A stretch of DNA of 63,997 bases, counting the filler, from Candidatus Hydrogenedentota bacterium (GTDB lineage: Bacteria; JBFMHD01), in the NCBI GenBank assembly GCA_040752395.1. It is 7 parts of 7 records of this genome, joined end to end, with 100 filler letters (N's around TTAATTAATTAA, not from the genome) between each part and the next. Parts side by side here need not be neighbours in the genome. Positions count along the whole stretch, not along the records: positions 58,635 to 63,997 come from JBFMHD010000192.1; 6 more parts are not named here. The stretch is one strand, 5' to 3'. Of the stretch, positions 60,772-63,997 are shown in pieces (the first letter of the stretch is position 1; every line of letters begins with the position of its first letter). The translations under genes were made by a program, and so were the position numbers. Below the pieces are notes generated by a model. The model saw only the letters and a program-made list of their open reading frames with translations. It was not told where the DNA came from and did no database searches.

Positions 60772-62169
60772 ATGGAAATAAAATATCATTTTTCAGGGAT
60801 TGCAGGTAGTGGAATGTCGGCACTTGCATATCTTTTATATAAATGGGGATATATAATAAGCGGCTCTGATAGGTTTGTTGATCAGGGAATAATACCCGAG
60901 ACAATAGAGTGGATACATAGTTGTGGTGACAGAGTTAAATTATATCCACAAGATGGCAGTGGTATAGATGAAAAAGTAGATTTTTTGGTTATATCATCTG
61001 CTGTAGAATTTACCAATCCCGAAATACAAAAGGCTGTTTCTCTTAATATACCTGTTGTAAAGCGAGCTGTTCTGTTATCTAATCTATTTAATACTGGTAA
61101 GGGTATAGCAGTTGGCGGCACAAGTGGTAAATCAACTGTCACCTCGCTTATATATCATTTACTCAAAGAAAAATCTAATCCTACCTTTGTATGTGGTGCT
61201 GAATTTAGAGAAAGTGCTTCTTTGGGTAATGTAAAGGTAGGAGATAGAGATTTTTTTATTATAGAAACTGATGAAAGTGATAGAGGTATAGTTCTATTCA
61301 AACCAGATATATCAGTAATCACGAACATCACACTTGATCATCATCCCATAGAAGAACTGAAACGTCTTTTTCAAAAATTTATAGATAATACATATTCTTG
61401 TGTAGTATTTAACAGTGATTGCAAATTAAGTAATGATTTAAATACTCACAGAAAAGAGGTCATCACTTTTGGTGTTAAAAAAGGAATGTTAATTCCAAAA
61501 GATTTGAATCTATTTCATGAATATTCTGTTTTTTATCTTGATAAAATAAAATTTGTTGTTCCTATGCCTGGCTTATACAATGTTTATAATGTTCTTTCGG
61601 CAATAGCTGTAGCACGAGCTAAAGGTGTTTCATTAAGAGATTGTAAAGAATTAGTGTGTACTTATCCGGGGATTAAACGAAGATTTGATATATTATATAA
61701 AGGTCCGAGGTTTTATGTTGTCGATGATTTTGCCCATAATCCGTGTAAAATCAGGTCTGTGATAGAATCAGCAAAAAATATTAAAAAAAATTTGATAGTA
61801 ATTTATCAACCACATGGTTATAATCCAACAAAACTCGTAAAAAATGATTTGATAGATGTTTTTTCCACCTGTCTTTGTAATAAAGACAGGCTTTATTTAT
61901 TACCGATATTTTATGCTGGAGGAACTTCAGATAAAAGTATAAGTTCAGAAGATATTGTAAAAGAAGTTAAAAATGTAAAAGCTGAAGCCTTAACTCGCGA
62001 GGCTTTACTAAAAATTCTACCAGAGATATTACAAGATATAAAAGAGGCCCTGATTCTTATTTTAGGTGCACGTGACCCTACTTTACCTTCTTTTGCTCAA
62101 AGTATCGCTTCCATCTGTTCTTCATCACCTCTAAGTGCCGGATTACAAAATGACAAATTCATTCTATAA
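60772..62169 (+). CDS. Mur ligase, MurC/Mpl-like
   Basis: GIAGSGMSALA, GSD, GT.GKST, ETDESD, N..LDH, RRF, DDFAHNP, QPH. Confidence 0.85.
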   Translation: MEIKYHFSGIAGSGMSALAYLLYKWGYIISGSDRFVDQGIIPETIEWIHSCGDRVKLYPQDGSGIDEKVDFLVISSAVEFTNPEIQKAVSLNIPVVKRAVLLSNLFNTGKGIAVGGTSGKSTVTSLIYHLLKEKSNPTFVCGAEFRESASLGNVKVGDRDFFIIETDESDRGIVLFKPDISVITNITLDHHPIEELKRLFQKFIDNTYSCVVFNSDCKLSNDLNTHRKEVITFGVKKGMLIPKDLNLFHEYSVFYLDKIKFVVPMPGLYNVYNVLSAIAVARAKGVSLRDCKELVCTYPGIKRRFDILYKGPRFYVVDDFAHNPCKIRSVIESAKNIKKNLIVIYQPHGYNPTKLVKNDLIDVFSTCLCNKDRLYLLPIFYAGGTSDKSISSEDIVKEVKNVKAEALTREALLKILPEILQDIKEALILILGARDPTLPSFAQSIASICSSSPLSAGLQNDKFIL

Positions 62170-63679
62170 CAAGGCTTCTTACATTGTTTTATCAATAATT
62201 TTTATTATCATCATTTGCACATATACTGATTATGGTATAAGCTGGGATGAACCGGCCCAGGATACCTATGGCAGATTATGTTATAATTATTATAAAGGCT
62301 GGTTTACTAATAATCCTGACTTAAGTGTTTTCAATTATGGCAATCTATATTTATATGGTCCTTTTTTCGAGCTTATTACTGTTATTATTAATAAGTTTTC
62401 ACCTTTAGATAGATATGATACGAGGCATTTAATAAATGCGATAGTAGGTTTTATAACAATACTCGGGGTATGGAGGTTTGCGAAGCTTTTAAAAGGAGCT
62501 GATTCATCTTTTTTCTCAATAATCTTTCTTTCTGTTTTCCCACGTTTTTACGGTGATATGTTTAATAACCCTAAAGACATACCTTTTGCCTGCGGCTATA
62601 TCTGGTCTATTTATTATATTCTTCAAAGCATTGATACAGCAGTACCTCGCACCATTCTTTTTAAGCTCGGTATAATTTTAGGTTTGACAATGAGCATTCG
62701 TTCAATAGGTCTAATTCTTCTCTTTTATTATTTATTAATCACTATTTACAATTTTTTTAAGAAAGGGTGGAGTTTTATAAAATCATTCATAATCGTAGGT
62801 TTAATCTCCTATGCAATTATGCTTATATTCTGGCCCTTTGCACAACTTTCTCCTTTAATACATCCTTTTAAATCATTATTTGAAATGAGCAAATTTCAAT
62901 GGATAGGAGAAGTCTTATATAATGGTGAGTATGTCTTTGTCACTGAACTTCCACGATATTATTTAATTCATATTTTTCTAATTACGTTTCCCGAATATTT
63001 AATTATTATATTACTAAGTGGCATACCTATTTTCTTTCGGGCTCTGAAACAGCCAAATATAATCTCGCTAAAATATATTCTCATTTTATTTGCAATATTA
63101 TTTCCGATAGCACTTGTTTTTATTAAAAAACCAAATCTCTACGATGGAATGAGACACTTTCTTTTCATCATACCGCTACTTGCGAGTTTATCAGGGGTGA
63201 TATTTACTGAAATTATTCAAATTTTTAAAAAACAAAAATTATACATTAAAATTTTTTATTTTATTATCAGCTGTTATTTTATTTATCATTTAAGCATTAT
63301 GATAAGATTACATCCATATCAATACGTATACTATAATAATTTTTTTGGTGGGTTAAAAGCTGCTGTAGATAAGTTTGAACTTGATTACTGGGGCACATCA
63401 TATAGAGAGGCTGTAACAATGCTGAAGAAATATATTGTTTTGAGGAGAGAGGATTTAAAGGAGACAGAATATAAAATAAAAATCCCAAAAAATCCGTTTC
63501 TTGGCTCATATTATTTCGATTCCCATTTAAAAGAAACAGATAACGAAAAAGAAGCAGATTTTTTTATAAGTATAACACGTTTCAATGACCATAATTCAGT
63601 TGATGGAGAGATAATTTTAACTGTTCAGCGTATGGGCATAAATTTAGCATACATAAAAGACAGACGCGTTATTAAATGA
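62150..63679 (+). CDS. GT-C (family 39-like) membrane glycosyltransferase
   Basis: DYGISWDE, YGP.F, F.NPKD.PF, YDG.RH, DYWG; many TM helices. Confidence 0.72.
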   Translation: MTNSFYNKASYIVLSIIFIIIICTYTDYGISWDEPAQDTYGRLCYNYYKGWFTNNPDLSVFNYGNLYLYGPFFELITVIINKFSPLDRYDTRHLINAIVGFITILGVWRFAKLLKGADSSFFSIIFLSVFPRFYGDMFNNPKDIPFACGYIWSIYYILQSIDTAVPRTILFKLGIILGLTMSIRSIGLILLFYYLLITIYNFFKKGWSFIKSFIIVGLISYAIMLIFWPFAQLSPLIHPFKSLFEMSKFQWIGEVLYNGEYVFVTELPRYYLIHIFLITFPEYLIIILLSGIPIFFRALKQPNIISLKYILILFAILFPIALVFIKKPNLYDGMRHFLFIIPLLASLSGVIFTEIIQIFKKQKLYIKIFYFIISCYFIYHLSIMIRLHPYQYVYYNNFFGGLKAAVDKFELDYWGTSYREAVTMLKKYIVLRREDLKETEYKIKIPKNPFLGSYYFDSHLKETDNEKEADFFISITRFNDHNSVDGEIILTVQRMGINLAYIKDRRVIK

Positions 63680-63683
63680 TTAT

Positions 63684-63997
63684 TGTAATGCTCCCCCTTT
63701 TTGATACACTTTAATTTTTCTACCATTAGGCACTAAAGCAAATTGCAAATTTATTCCCCCTACTACGGGTCTTGTGACCCTCACTACTTCGAAAAACTTC
63801 GCAACTCTAATAATTCGGGCTACAGGCTACGGGCTACGGACTACAGCCGGCTGGAGCCAAAAGCCCGGAGTCTCCTTCGAAAAAGTTCGGAGTTCGGAGC
63901 TCGGAGCTCGTATCTATTATTACGAACTCCTAACTCCTATCTTTTTCATCCTTTGTGCCTTTGTGCCTCTTTTCCTCCCCTTTAAAGTGTCTCACGT
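63684..63997. mobile_element. Candidate MITE: IS3-like terminal inverted repeats enclosing modular repeat DNA (right end cut by the window)
   Basis: Left TGTAATGCTCCCCCTTTTTGATACACTTTAA; right TTAAAGTGTCTCACGT, which continues as TTCAGGGGAGCAGTATA in the copies at 18280 and 60640. Confidence 0.5.

Noticed and set aside
436-63509. Numerous short antisense or overlapping ORFs in the ORF track
   Set aside because: They are shadows of well-supported genes on the opposite strand or in another frame
1-63997. tRNA, rRNA or other standard structured RNA genes
   Set aside because: No cloverleaf/T-loop or rRNA signature recognised by eye; an Infernal or tRNAscan run would be needed to exclude them fully

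Overview
Low-GC bacterial sequence, apparently from a draft or metagenome assembly. Seven contig pieces are joined by artificial 100-nt spacers (N44-TTAATTAATTAA-N44), so adjacency across gaps has no biological meaning. Gene content is mostly housekeeping: class I fumarase alpha/beta, xerC, carAB, hisD, mutS/mutL, miaB, murJ, murC-like, glcDF-like, sirC, larB, arcC, an opp/dpp ABC transporter, dedA, engB, rsmI and tsaC. It also has flagellar genes (fliD, motAB) with sigma-28-type promoters, several membrane glycosyltransferases, three stand-alone toxin-antitoxin pairs and a 2285-aa secreted Ig-like protein that is very rich in Asp-Thr/Asp-Ser. The most striking unexplained signal is a dispersed, modular repeat family built from shuffled blocks of 7- and 8-nt tandem units. 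It fills many intergenic regions and breaks the assembly. Its conserved end (GTTTTTCAGAGGAG) sits in Shine-Dalgarno position for several genes. It supplies the C-termini of LarB and DedA, is translated in-frame inside a TPR-SPOR protein, and in places abuts IS3-like terminal inverted repeats. No rRNA, tRNA or CRISPR array was recognised. All calls are by eye from motifs; no database searches were run.
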